Positions 1 through 10,034 of a stretch of DNA of 64,000 bases are shown here, one piece after another. The translations under genes were made by a program, and so were the position numbers. Position 1 is the first letter of the stretch; each line of letters begins with the position of its first letter. The notes beneath the pieces are model-generated. The model saw only the letters and a list, made by a program, of their open reading frames with translations. It was not told the DNA's origin and searched no databases. Source of the DNA: an uncultured bacterium (GTDB lineage: Bacteria > Verrucomicrobiota > Verrucomicrobiia > Limisphaerales > UBA11358); contig CAVPSH010000003.1 in assembly GCA_963708305.1 (NCBI GenBank), forward strand, positions 319,957-383,956, read 5' to 3'.

Positions 1-2
1 GT

Positions 3-152
3 CTGGGCACGGAAGAATTGGCCGAGCCGGAAGTGACCACCACCAGCGGCCGCCAGACCGAGATGCGGGCGACCCAAATCATATCGGTCATCACAGGCTT
101 TAGCTTCCAGCAAGGTTCAGCCAACACTGCCGTCGGCACCGGCACACCTTAA
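3..152 (+). CDS. 3' end of a secretin-family gene (partial; starts upstream of the window)
   Basis: Frame open from the window edge to TAA at 150-152. Translation ...AEPEVTTTSGRQTEMRATQIISVITGFSFQQGS... looks like the first half of a secretin C-domain. Confidence 0.5.
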   Translation: MGTEELAEPEVTTTSGRQTEMRATQIISVITGFSFQQGSANTAVGTGTP

Positions 153-172
153 CGATACTTCTTAAGCAACAA

Positions 173-820
173 ATGAAAGCGAACTCAAAAAATAAAATTC
201 TCCAACAGGTGTTGGGAATTTTTCTTGCCGTCAGCATTGCTGAAACAGCCTGCGCGCAGACGGTTGTTTCTCAACCCAACGTCTCCGCGATTACACCGAA
301 TACCCAACTGCTGGAAACCGGGCCTTTGTTGGATGTGGTGCCGTATGTTTTGGCGGATGGATACACCATCAACCTGACCCTGATTCCGTCGCTGACTGAA
401 TTTAACGGGTATGGCATCGTGCCAAACATTGCCAATGTTACCGGCGGGCTTAATGTGGTGCAATTGCCCGTCATTTTGCCGCAGTTTACCGTGCGGCAGG
501 TCCTGACCACGGTAAATGTCTGGGACGGCCAGACAGTGGTTCTGGGCGGATTGATCACTTCCACGACCCAGACCGAAAAGGACAAGGTTCCGGTGATAGG
601 CGATTTACCGATCCTCGGCCGTCTTTTTCAAAGTCAAACCAAGTCTGCCGTGAAAAGGAACCTGATGATTTTTGTTACCTCCACAATTGTGGATCCTGCC
701 GGCAATCGCGTTCATTCAGATGATGAACTGCCGTTTGCGCAAAGCAGCATTCCGCTGCAGCCGCAGGGAGCCGGGCAGATGACCGAAACCGACAAAAAAA
801 TAATACTGCCCCAGCAATAA
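173..820 (+). CDS. Secretin C-terminal-half protein with its own signal peptide
   Basis: 215 aa. N-terminus MKANSKNKILQQVLGIFLAVSIAETACA|Q is signal-peptide-like. Secretin signature VWDGQTVVLGGL...DKVPVIGDLPILGRLF...RNLMIFVT. Confidence 0.75.
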   Translation: MKANSKNKILQQVLGIFLAVSIAETACAQTVVSQPNVSAITPNTQLLETGPLLDVVPYVLADGYTINLTLIPSLTEFNGYGIVPNIANVTGGLNVVQLPVILPQFTVRQVLTTVNVWDGQTVVLGGLITSTTQTEKDKVPVIGDLPILGRLFQSQTKSAVKRNLMIFVTSTIVDPAGNRVHSDDELPFAQSSIPLQPQGAGQMTETDKKIILPQQ

Positions 821-903
821 TCTTGATTCGGCTCAAGATCGACGCCACCCGTTTGGAGAATGCCTTTGGAAACAAGGGGTAAACCTTGAAAGCCAGATGA
901 TTT

Positions 904-1788
904 ATGGATCGGTTGCTGATTATTGACGGACACGCTTACGCCTATCGCGCCTTTCACGCGATTCGCGATTTGCGTTCGCCGACGGGTCAGCCAACCAATG
1001 CCATTTACGGTTTTGTCAAAATGCTGGCGAAGATGCGCGCCACCGTTGAACCCACGCATTTAATCGTGGTTTGGGACGGGGGCCTGAGCGCTGAACGCAT
1101 GGCGGCGCTGCCGGAATACAAGGCCCAACGTCCGGAGATGCCGGAAGATTTAAGACCGCAACTTGATGAAATCGTCAGTTATTTGAAGTCGGCGGGGATT
1201 GCCTCGTTTTGCCGTGAAGGCGTGGAGGCGGACGATTACATTGCCTGCCTGGCGCGGCGGGCGGCGGCGGCGGGCATGGCGGTGGTCATTGCCAGCTCCG
1301 ACAAGGATTTCATGCAATTGGTGTCCCGGCAAATCGGGTTGTTGAACCCGAACGACAAGACCGAAACCATTTGGACCGATGAACAGGTTCGCATGAAAGC
1401 GGGCGTGAAACCGTCGCAAGTGGTGGACTGGTTGAGCCTGATGGGTGACAGTGTGGACAACATCCCCGGCGTGTCCGGGATTGGCCCCAAAACCGCCGCC
1501 GAGTTGCTGAACCAGTTTGGGTCGGTGGGTGTCTTGTATGAACGGTTGGGTGAAGTGAAATCGGAAAAGCTTCGCGCGAACTTGCGTGCCGCCGAGGACG
1601 CGGTGCGGCGCAACCGGGAGTTGGTGCGGTTGCGTGACGATTTGCCCTGCACATTTTCGCCGGTGACACTGGCGGAAAAGCCGGCGGAGGCCGGCCGCTT
1701 GCGTGAACTGTATCGGCGCTGGGGATTCAAGACGCTGCTGGCGGCGCTGGGGGAAGAGGCGCATGAATGTCAGGCGGTTTTGATTTAG
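904..1788 (+). CDS. Stand-alone 5'-3' exonuclease / flap endonuclease (Pol I N-terminal-domain-like)
   Basis: LLIIDGHAYAYRAFHA, EADDYIA, ASSDKDFMQL and the H3TH motif NIPGVSGIGPKTAAELL. 294 aa, no polymerase domain. Confidence 0.9.
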   Translation: MDRLLIIDGHAYAYRAFHAIRDLRSPTGQPTNAIYGFVKMLAKMRATVEPTHLIVVWDGGLSAERMAALPEYKAQRPEMPEDLRPQLDEIVSYLKSAGIASFCREGVEADDYIACLARRAAAAGMAVVIASSDKDFMQLVSRQIGLLNPNDKTETIWTDEQVRMKAGVKPSQVVDWLSLMGDSVDNIPGVSGIGPKTAAELLNQFGSVGVLYERLGEVKSEKLRANLRAAEDAVRRNRELVRLRDDLPCTFSPVTLAEKPAEAGRLRELYRRWGFKTLLAALGEEAHECQAVLI

Positions 1789-2030
1789 GAAAAAATGAAG
1801 TTGCGAAGCAGGCTTGAAAATTTGTTTCCGGTGGCCGGGTCCGGACCACGCCGCACTGGTTTTGCCGAAGTAATTTTTGGACAAAAACACCGCACGTGTT
1901 TAGAATGGGAAAAATTGATTATGCCATTGTTGTTCAGCGGGCAGACTGCCTTTTGTAGTGTCAAACACTATAAGAACAGTCGTATCCCAACTGACAGACA
2001 AATAGTGCTGGCACGCAATAGATTCATGCT

Positions 2031-4019
2031 ATGAGTACGGCCATCCAATCGGGATTTTTCAGCCGCCAGGCCGGCGTTTGCCTTTGCTGGGGGTGGATAC
2101 TCGCGCTTCCGGCCGTCGTTTGGGGCCAGACGAACTATTATGCCACCAATGGAACTGAATACACCATCGTTGGCGCCCTGCCCGGTGATCAGGTTCATCC
2201 CGATGTGGCCGTGACGACCAGTGGCGGTTTTACCGTCTGGCAGGACAACATCACTGATGGCGATGGCTGGGGGGTGAGTGCGATGCAGCTCAACGGCGCC
2301 CTCTCCGGCTCAGGCAGCTCCTTCCGCGTCAACGTACAAGCCACGGGTGATCAGGAAAATCCGCGGGTGACGTTGTTGAAAGGCGGCGGCGCGGCTTTTG
2401 TGTGGCAGGGTGGGCAAAATGGATTCCAGCACATTTACGCCCGGTTTCTCTCTTCCAGTAATACGTGGGTGACGGGTGACGTGATGGTCAATGCCTCCAC
2501 GAATTATTTTCAAGTGAACCCCGCCATCGCCACCCTGACCAATGGCAATGTTCTCGTGGTTTGGGCCAGTTTTAATGAAGCCGCCTCCGGCAGCATGCAG
2601 GATGTCTATGGCCGGATTTTTTCGCCGTCCGGCGCGCCGGTCACCGGCGAATTTTTGATCAATCAGTTCACGTCTTACAACCAACGTTCGCCGGCGGTGG
2701 CGGCGCTGGCCAACGGCGGGTCCGTCGTTGCCTGGGTGTCCGAACAGCAGCGAACGTCCGCGCCTAATCCCGGTTCAGGTTCATTCAACGTCATCAACAC
2801 GGCGCCTGTTCCCAGCGTGGACATTTACGCGCAGCTTTACGACGGCAATGGGGTGGCACAAGGAACGAATCAATTGGTCAATTCGGATTCCAATCCTTGC
2901 GCCGATCCGGCCGTGGCCGCGGGCTCGGATGGCGGTTTTGTTGTGACTTGGGACGCGCGCGACATGACCAACCCCATTGGCAACGGTCTGGATATTTATT
3001 CCCGTTCTTTTTCCGGCGCCGGCGTGGGCGGCACTGTCCTGCGCGTTAATTCGCATCTTTACGGTGATCAATACGGACCGCGCATCAGTGCCTTGGGAAC
3101 CGATTATCTGATGGTGTGGACGAGCCTGGCGCAGGACGGTTCGCAGCAAGGGGTTTATGGACAATTTGTACGCGGCAATGGTTCGGTCGTGGGCGGTGAA
3201 TTTCGGGTAAACACCACGACGGCAAATTCGCAAATTCAGCCGGTCGTCGCGTCGGATGGGGTCGGCCAATTTCTGGCGATTTGGACCAGCTTCAGCGGTT
3301 TGCCGTATGGATTCGATCTGTACGCGCAACGTTATATCAACACCCAACAACCACTGGCCCCGCTGCCGGCGCCGTTTGTCTATGCGCCGTTTGTGGTGAG
3401 CAACAATATTTACCAACCGCAATTGCAGGTTTCCTGGCCGCCCGTGACCGGCCTTTCCCTTTCCAATTACGAAGTTTACGTGGACGGCGCGTCAACGCCG
3501 ACAGTGGTGACCACCAACAATGTGTGGACGATGACGTCGGCCAACGGGTTGGCCGCCAGCAGCACGCATTCATTCCGGGTGGCTTATGCTACGACGGATG
3601 GCCGCCAGTCACCGTTGTCACCCTCGACCAGCGGCACGACCTGGAGCGGTGCCAACTATTACGGCATTCCGTTTGAATGGATGGAGCAATATTACGGTTA
3701 CAACTTTGTCAACTGGCCAACCAACGTGAATGCGCCGCTGGCCCCCGGCGGGTTGAGTTTGATGCAGGTGTTCCTGAGCGGCGGTAATCCGTTGGACCCC
3801 GGCACGTGGTTGCGAACAACTTTGAGCAACACGCCGCAAGGCTTGTTCCTGAGTTGGAACCCCCAGCCGGGATTCACTTATCAGGTGCAATCTACTGCAT
3901 CGATTGGCGGTGTCTGGACCAATCTGAGCTCGCCGCGATTTGCGGCGGGCAGCGGTGATTCAATTTTTGTCGGCAAGAGTTCCGTGGGCTATTACCGCGT
4001 GCTGCTCCTGCGCCAGTAA
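2031..4019 (+). CDS. Secreted repeat protein: seven propeller-like repeats, an FN3-like region and a shared C-terminal module
   Basis: Hydrophobic N-terminus. Seven ~55-aa repeats (Q..P.VA...GGF.V.W......D.Y.R.F...G...G.EF.VN) at nt 2184-3341. C-terminus LSWNPQPGFTYQVQ...YYRV. Confidence 0.7.
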   Translation: MSTAIQSGFFSRQAGVCLCWGWILALPAVVWGQTNYYATNGTEYTIVGALPGDQVHPDVAVTTSGGFTVWQDNITDGDGWGVSAMQLNGALSGSGSSFRVNVQATGDQENPRVTLLKGGGAAFVWQGGQNGFQHIYARFLSSSNTWVTGDVMVNASTNYFQVNPAIATLTNGNVLVVWASFNEAASGSMQDVYGRIFSPSGAPVTGEFLINQFTSYNQRSPAVAALANGGSVVAWVSEQQRTSAPNPGSGSFNVINTAPVPSVDIYAQLYDGNGVAQGTNQLVNSDSNPCADPAVAAGSDGGFVVTWDARDMTNPIGNGLDIYSRSFSGAGVGGTVLRVNSHLYGDQYGPRISALGTDYLMVWTSLAQDGSQQGVYGQFVRGNGSVVGGEFRVNTTTANSQIQPVVASDGVGQFLAIWTSFSGLPYGFDLYAQRYINTQQPLAPLPAPFVYAPFVVSNNIYQPQLQVSWPPVTGLSLSNYEVYVDGASTPTVVTTNNVWTMTSANGLAASSTHSFRVAYATTDGRQSPLSPSTSGTTWSGANYYGIPFEWMEQYYGYNFVNWPTNVNAPLAPGGLSLMQVFLSGGNPLDPGTWLRTTLSNTPQGLFLSWNPQPGFTYQVQSTASIGGVWTNLSSPRFAAGSGDSIFVGKSSVGYYRVLLLRQ

Positions 4020-4025
4020 ATCTGT

Positions 4026-6410
4026 ATGAGGCAATTGAAAAAAACAATTTTGTGGATTGGCTGTCTGGCCCTTGGTCTTCAGACCGCGGGGGCATTTTCA
4101 TTGTTGGGTCCAATCACCGGAACGCCGGATGCGACCTGGCAGATTACTTTAATCGGATACAATCCGCTGACAACCGGCGCGGCGCCTCCCGGTTTCATTG
4201 ATTCCCTTGTCACAGGGCCTAAAAATCTCGGCGAGGGCTACCGCCGCAATACGCCTGGAATGTATTACGCGTTTGATGTGAGTTTTGGCGATTACTTTGG
4301 TTCAAATGGCGAGTTTGCCGTGCAACAGGCCTTTGATCTTCTCAATGGCGTGATGAACGGCCAGGCGAACAATCCCCTCTATTTGTACAGTCCGACCAAC
4401 GGCATTCTGGGTGACACCAATGGTGCTCCCGGCATTACCCTGTTTCCGACCAACAGCGTTGACAATTATAGCGCGAATTTGGCGGAATTCCCTTTCAACT
4501 CACGGGGTGAAAATTACACGGCGAGTGCTTTGGGACTGCTCGATTTAAAATCGGTGACGCTGTCCTTGCTTGTGGAACAGTTGGGGCTGGCTGATTCGGT
4601 TCGTTACATTTGGGCTTTGCGCAATCGGTACACCGGTGTGATCGGGGAATCCTGCAACCCGCCCGGGCCTGGTTTCCTTATCGAATATAATGTGATTCAA
4701 AGAAATTTTGACATTGTTCCGAGCGCGCTCAATCAGCTTCAGTATTCGGCTTACGTCAACGGCGAGCTTTATTCCTATTGGATTGATGAAAACTGCGGCG
4801 CTGTTGCTGCCTCGCCGCCGGACGTGGATGCGTTGGAAATTCCTGCGGATACCGTGAATAATGTTCCCCCGGTTGCTTCAGCCAACGGAGAGTTTCCCCT
4901 GCTCACCGGCTTTTTTTATACCGGATTGACGCGGGACGATGTGGGTGGACTGCGCTTCTTATATAGCACCAACAATTATGACACCCCCAGTCCGGGTTAT
5001 CTCGAATCGGCGGCGGCCGGGAGCACATTGTTGAGCTTCGGTCAACCTCAGTTGCTTTTCACTTCCAATTTCAACGTGTTGGCTTCTGCCTCATTGACCA
5101 ATAATCCGGCCACGCTCCAGGCATTATTCCCGGGATTGATCGTTGGGAACAACCCGGTCACTTATTTCAGCAACGTGGTTTCGCCGAATGTCATCGCCTT
5201 TTTCACCAATTATATCGGCAGTCCGGCGGGCGCACCGGCATCGCTGGTGGTGGTGACCAATCTGGCGACCAACATTGTGCAGTTTTTCCAAAACTCCTTC
5301 GGCAATGTGGTCACCAACAAGACTTACACCAATGCCACCTTTGCCCTCCAAACCATCACCGTGGGCCCGATGGTCGGTTCGCCGGCCGGTTCCCCGTTTG
5401 TGACCAACGTCACCTTTCAAACGTTCCAAACCAATGTGCCCTCGGGAGACTACTTCATCATTACGAACGGGACCTGTGGACCCAACATTATTCAGACCCT
5501 GCAGACCAATGTGAACATCGTAACGAATCTGGTCGTAGGGACGACCAATGTGAATGGTCAAAGTTTTGTCGAAAACCTGATTTCCTACTTCACGAATTAC
5601 GCCTTTGTGGTGCTGCCCTGTACCTTGGCGACCAATGGACCCGCCGACTATCAGGGCATTGGCAACATGCAATTCATTCGCGTATCAGATGTGAGCGATC
5701 CCTATGATTACCAAAGCGGACAATTCATCACGCCCATTACGAACCAATACACCATGGTGGTCTTTACCAATGGCCAGTACATAACTCAGAAGTTCCAGCG
5801 GATAGTGACCGCACCTGATTTCCTGATTGCCGCAGTAGATCAATTAAATGGTCCGGATGCGCTTCCTACCGAGGTGCCTGATACCCGGAATATCAGTTTT
5901 AATCAGGCGAACATACAGACCAGTCTCTCCGGTCCTGGTACGATCAATCCTCCAACCCTTTTTACCTTTAACAAGGTTGGGCCGGTTTTTGAGAACGAAT
6001 CTCCCGCTTCGATAATCGGACCGAGTGGTGCCGGTCGGGGTTTTGTATGGGGATCGTTCGATGGCACAACCAACGCGCCAGTGGTTTACCCTAATGGCAC
6101 CAGCCTGGCAAACCTGGCCAATGAGGCGGTGACTCAGATATCTCCGCCGCCGCCAGTCTTGCCAACTGGCACCAATGGGGTAGCTTATAATGTGGCGTTT
6201 ACGGCAAATGGCACAAGCGGAACTGTCACTTGGACCTTGGCGAGCTTTTCGGCGGGACTCCCGCCGGGGCTGAATCCTCTGTCACCCAATGGTGTGTTGT
6301 CGGGGACCCCGACCCGGAGCGGAACCTTTGACAATATTGTGGTTCAGATGACGGATTCCAGCACGCCGCCGCATGTCGTGCAGACCATTTATTCGTTGAC
6401 GATCAATTAA
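4026..6410 (+). CDS. Large secreted Asn/Thr-rich protein with a C-terminal putative Ig (He_PIG/cadherin-like) domain
   Basis: Signal peptide MRQLKKTILWIGCLALGLQTAGA. C-terminus LPTGTNGVAYNVAFTANG...GLPPGLNPLSPNGVLSGTPTRSGTF matches the 'putative Ig' pattern. Starts 7 nt after the upstream stop. Confidence 0.65.
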   Translation: MRQLKKTILWIGCLALGLQTAGAFSLLGPITGTPDATWQITLIGYNPLTTGAAPPGFIDSLVTGPKNLGEGYRRNTPGMYYAFDVSFGDYFGSNGEFAVQQAFDLLNGVMNGQANNPLYLYSPTNGILGDTNGAPGITLFPTNSVDNYSANLAEFPFNSRGENYTASALGLLDLKSVTLSLLVEQLGLADSVRYIWALRNRYTGVIGESCNPPGPGFLIEYNVIQRNFDIVPSALNQLQYSAYVNGELYSYWIDENCGAVAASPPDVDALEIPADTVNNVPPVASANGEFPLLTGFFYTGLTRDDVGGLRFLYSTNNYDTPSPGYLESAAAGSTLLSFGQPQLLFTSNFNVLASASLTNNPATLQALFPGLIVGNNPVTYFSNVVSPNVIAFFTNYIGSPAGAPASLVVVTNLATNIVQFFQNSFGNVVTNKTYTNATFALQTITVGPMVGSPAGSPFVTNVTFQTFQTNVPSGDYFIITNGTCGPNIIQTLQTNVNIVTNLVVGTTNVNGQSFVENLISYFTNYAFVVLPCTLATNGPADYQGIGNMQFIRVSDVSDPYDYQSGQFITPITNQYTMVVFTNGQYITQKFQRIVTAPDFLIAAVDQLNGPDALPTEVPDTRNISFNQANIQTSLSGPGTINPPTLFTFNKVGPVFENESPASIIGPSGAGRGFVWGSFDGTTNAPVVYPNGTSLANLANEAVTQISPPPPVLPTGTNGVAYNVAFTANGTSGTVTWTLASFSAGLPPGLNPLSPNGVLSGTPTRSGTFDNIVVQMTDSSTPPHVVQTIYSLTIN

Positions 6411-6424
6411 CCAGCGAAACCCAG

Positions 6425-9307
6425 ATGAAATTGACTTTTTCCAAATTCGAGGGCCAGGTTCGGTCAGGATTCCTGTTCTTATTGGTCGGCTTGTGCTTGG
6501 GTCCGGTGGCGGGAATGGCCACGGATTTGAACTATATCAATACCGGTACCATCAATGGAGTTCCACCTCAGGTCGATGCCATAAACTTTTTCAACTCCGG
6601 CACGTGGTTTATTTCCACCAGCGCTCCTTATGAGACGGCCAACACGCTGACTTACACCAACAAGGGCCTGATGTTCGGCACGCCCGGCTGGGAATTTGAT
6701 TTAGGGCCTTCAACCACCGGATCACGCCCCAATCTATCCTCCATTTTCTACAATGACAACGGGGCGACCATTCAAGCGAGTGATGGCACTGTTATCAACA
6801 TGCAGGAAATAACCAGCGGAGGCAGTTTTTTGCTGATCCAGGCCACGAATATCATCAATCGAGGCCAATTGATTGCTACTCCCTTCGGCCAGATCAAATT
6901 GGTCGGTTCGACCGTCGCCCTGAACCGCAGCACACTGAATATCCCGCCCATCCAAGGAGCCGGCAGCGCCAATAATTTCGGTCAGACGAATTTTACCTCG
7001 GACACAGCCATCTATGACGAATATTGGGGAGAAAGCGCGACGAACGTGTTCACTCCGGACATTTGGGATGGAACGAATGCGGCCGCTGCTGCCGGGCCAA
7101 ATGTCGCTGTCGTTGACCCTTGCAATGTCACCAATGCCGCTACCTATTTAGGTTCCAACCCGGGGCCTTTCAGTGGTTTTACTCCCAGTTTTTACGCCTG
7201 GACCAATGTCCCGGATCCCAATTCGATAACGAATATCTCAACCAATGGGGTCGCGCTGGTGACCAATCGCATCTTCCGGCAAGCCGTGTTTGTTACGGTC
7301 AGCGATCCCAATATTGTTACCAATAACCCGAGCACCAATGCACTCATTCGTTTTACACCCACCGGCAGCGCCTCAAACCTGTTTCAGACGGTCAGTGTCT
7401 GGCTGCATTCTACCAACGCTACCGATTTGTATGTTCAGGATACTTTGGGGTCTCTGACCAATCGTGGGACGCTTAAAAATAACAGCGGCCAGGTTCCCGG
7501 CGCCAATCCGCGGACTCCTTGCACCGGTCCAGTCTTTCGCCCGGCCAATTATCTTGTGGAGCGCGTGGACAGTTCGTTTACCAATGGCGTTTCGGGCAAC
7601 GTTACGCCTCCACCCAACAACTTTTTGTTCGATCCGAGTTTCAGCAATATCGTTGTTACCGCTGATGTTGCCGCTTATCAGGCGTTCGTGGATGATTTGG
7701 GCTATAATCCCTCATGGGCCAGTGTGACCAATTTGCCCGGGCGGATTATCATCAATGCCAACAATTTGGATCTCACCCGGACGGTGATTTCCAATTCCGG
7801 GCCTCAGGTTGTCATTCAGGCCAACAACATCATTGGCAGCTCCGGCGCCGTCATTTCCTGCCAAAATGTGAGTTTTAACCTCAACTCTTCGAACGGTAAT
7901 GTGAATGTGCTCGATCTTGCCACCAACGGGTCGCTTCCCGCGTTGAATGGGACAGTTTCGCTCTGGAGCGCCGATTGGACCAATTTCCAGACTGTGTTCG
8001 TTCCGGCCGCGGCAACTAATAATACCACTGAAATTCATTTTCATGTGCTGCTGGTGGATGCCACCGGGCTGCTTACGACGGTTCCGGTCAAGGTTCAGGA
8101 TTTGATTTTGGAAACCAACACGGTGATCAGCGATTCCATGAACGTGGCAAACTCGTTTTTGTTCAAGGGTTCGAGTTTGACTCTGCAAGGGAACCTTGCC
8201 CTTTTCAACCATATTCAGAATTGGAACGGCTCCCTCGCCCCGTCCTTGCTCTATTTTACGAATAATGGCTCTCTTTCTGTCCCTAACGATGCTCATTTCG
8301 GAGATGATACGGCGGTTTCCTATGCCGCTTTTGTCAACAACGGATCCATCGGTGTGGGTGGCGGTGAGACCATCAATAGCACTTACTACCAGGAAAACGG
8401 GGGGGTTGAAGACGCGCCCCAGGGCTTCTTTGTGAGCGCCGCGACCGGCTTGCTGCAAAACGCCTTTATCATCTCCGGCCAGGACATTGATTTTGCCGTC
8501 GGCACATTGCAACTGCTCAACAACTCCATACTCTTTGCCGGGAATACGTTGGACTTTAGCGTGACCAATTCGTTATCCGACAGCGGCGGGGCCAATGTCC
8601 TCAATTGTGCCAATGGATTTAATTTATTCGTTGCCCCAACCAGTGGAAACCTGGCGGCCAGCACCATCGTCGATACCGCGTCCGGAAATCAGTTGATTGA
8701 CCATGCGTGGGCAGGACAGGACTCGGGATCGGGTGCGCCCGGGACCGTGAACAATGTGGCCATCGGCACACTGTCATTGGACGCCCAGAACCCATCGCAA
8801 TTGCCGACGTTCCACTTTTTCGGTACCAGCGGCAACAATGCCATGTATGTCAACACATTGAATTTGACCGGGCTTGGCGCCACCCCCGCAAACATCACGA
8901 GCTTTATCCAGATCGACCCCGGCATGAAAATTTATTTTGCCAATGTCCAACCTGCCCTCCTGAGTGGACAATCAACGCTGACCGTCCTGCAAAACCAGTT
9001 CCCCGGCCAATTTATCCAGGATGCCAATGCAGGCCTGAGCGTTGGTGGAACATCGACCAATATCGTCATTTCTGGCATTGCGGCCCATCCCGCAGGAATG
9101 TTTGTGCTCACCTGGAACTCGACTGCCGGCGCAACCTACTCGGTGCTCAAGTCCGGGGTTTTGAGCGCTTCGACCAGTTGGCCGGCGATTGTGACAAATT
9201 ATCCCGCTGGCGGAGCCATCGGCGGTCCGCTTTCCTACACGGATACAACCGCCACCGCTGGCCCGGCATTCTACCGGGTAATGGCTGGATCGCGGGTGGC
9301 CCAATAA
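6425..9307 (+). CDS. Very large secreted protein (960 aa, Asn/Ser/Thr-rich, possible beta-helix adhesin-like) with the shared C-terminal module
   Basis: Signal-like N-terminus ...FLFLLVGLCLGPVAGMA. C-terminus FVLTWNSTAGATYSVL...PAFYRV. Starts 15 nt after the upstream stop. Confidence 0.6.
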   Translation: MKLTFSKFEGQVRSGFLFLLVGLCLGPVAGMATDLNYINTGTINGVPPQVDAINFFNSGTWFISTSAPYETANTLTYTNKGLMFGTPGWEFDLGPSTTGSRPNLSSIFYNDNGATIQASDGTVINMQEITSGGSFLLIQATNIINRGQLIATPFGQIKLVGSTVALNRSTLNIPPIQGAGSANNFGQTNFTSDTAIYDEYWGESATNVFTPDIWDGTNAAAAAGPNVAVVDPCNVTNAATYLGSNPGPFSGFTPSFYAWTNVPDPNSITNISTNGVALVTNRIFRQAVFVTVSDPNIVTNNPSTNALIRFTPTGSASNLFQTVSVWLHSTNATDLYVQDTLGSLTNRGTLKNNSGQVPGANPRTPCTGPVFRPANYLVERVDSSFTNGVSGNVTPPPNNFLFDPSFSNIVVTADVAAYQAFVDDLGYNPSWASVTNLPGRIIINANNLDLTRTVISNSGPQVVIQANNIIGSSGAVISCQNVSFNLNSSNGNVNVLDLATNGSLPALNGTVSLWSADWTNFQTVFVPAAATNNTTEIHFHVLLVDATGLLTTVPVKVQDLILETNTVISDSMNVANSFLFKGSSLTLQGNLALFNHIQNWNGSLAPSLLYFTNNGSLSVPNDAHFGDDTAVSYAAFVNNGSIGVGGGETINSTYYQENGGVEDAPQGFFVSAATGLLQNAFIISGQDIDFAVGTLQLLNNSILFAGNTLDFSVTNSLSDSGGANVLNCANGFNLFVAPTSGNLAASTIVDTASGNQLIDHAWAGQDSGSGAPGTVNNVAIGTLSLDAQNPSQLPTFHFFGTSGNNAMYVNTLNLTGLGATPANITSFIQIDPGMKIYFANVQPALLSGQSTLTVLQNQFPGQFIQDANAGLSVGGTSTNIVISGIAAHPAGMFVLTWNSTAGATYSVLKSGVLSASTSWPAIVTNYPAGGAIGGPLSYTDTTATAGPAFYRVMAGSRVAQ

Positions 9308-9390
9308 CGGCTTCGTTGCCTCTCCGATCTCTGTTATCAGGGGTGGCGTGACTTTCGTGTCGCGCAACTAAACCTGCGTTTATCATTACG

Positions 9391-9978
9391 GTGATGAAAC
9401 TTTTAGGATTAACCGGGGGCATTGGCATGGGCAAATCCATGGCCGCCCGGTTTCTCCGCGAACGCGGCGCACAGGTCGTGGATGCCGACGAACTGGCACA
9501 CCAACTGGTTGAACCGGGCCAGCCGGCCTGGGCGGAAATCCAGACGGTTTTTGGCCGGGACGTGGTCCCCCCGGGTGGCCAATTGCGCCGTGATCAACTG
9601 GCGCAAATTGTTTTTGCCGACCCCGCCGCCCGCAAAAAACTTGAAGCCATTTTGCACCCGCGCATTCAAGAGCGCTGGCTGGCGCAAATCGAAACCTGGC
9701 GCCGGGAGGATCGCCCCCTGGCCGTGGCCGTGATTCCATTGCTGTTTGAAACGAAAACCGAATCGCGTTTTGACAAAACCGTCTGTGTCGCCTGTTCGGC
9801 GGCACACCAGCGCAAAAGACTTTTGGAACGCGGCTGGACACCGGAGCAAATCGAGCAGCGCATTGCCGCCCAATGGCCGATGGAGCAGAAAATCGCCCGC
9901 GCCGATTTCGTCGTCTGGACCGACGGCTCGCTCGAGGCGCACGCGCAACAAATCGAACGAATTATTGCCCTCGGGTAA
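9391..9978 (+). CDS. coaE: Dephospho-CoA kinase
   Basis: N-terminal P-loop LGLTGGIGMGKS, size 195 aa, family-typical ...VVDADELAHQL...ILHPRI... Confidence 0.9.
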   Translation: MMKLLGLTGGIGMGKSMAARFLRERGAQVVDADELAHQLVEPGQPAWAEIQTVFGRDVVPPGGQLRRDQLAQIVFADPAARKKLEAILHPRIQERWLAQIETWRREDRPLAVAVIPLLFETKTESRFDKTVCVACSAAHQRKRLLERGWTPEQIEQRIAAQWPMEQKIARADFVVWTDGSLEAHAQQIERIIALG

Positions 9979-10034
9979 CACTCTCCCGGAAGAACATTTC
10001 CTTTTGTCGTCATCTTCTGTTAGCTTGGGTTGGC

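Noticed and set aside
2008-2030. Possible sigma-54 promoter (cTGGCACGcaatagattcatgc) upstream of the exoprotein operon, given the NtrC-type activator in the window.
   Set aside because: The -24 half matches, but no GC/TTGC element lies at the required 10-nt spacing. Only half a motif is present.
9873-10034. Upstream extension of glgB overlapping coaE.
   Set aside because: The extension is Arg-rich nonsense overlapping the coaE 3' end in another frame. The conserved GlgB sequence begins at MILTSDELH (10035).
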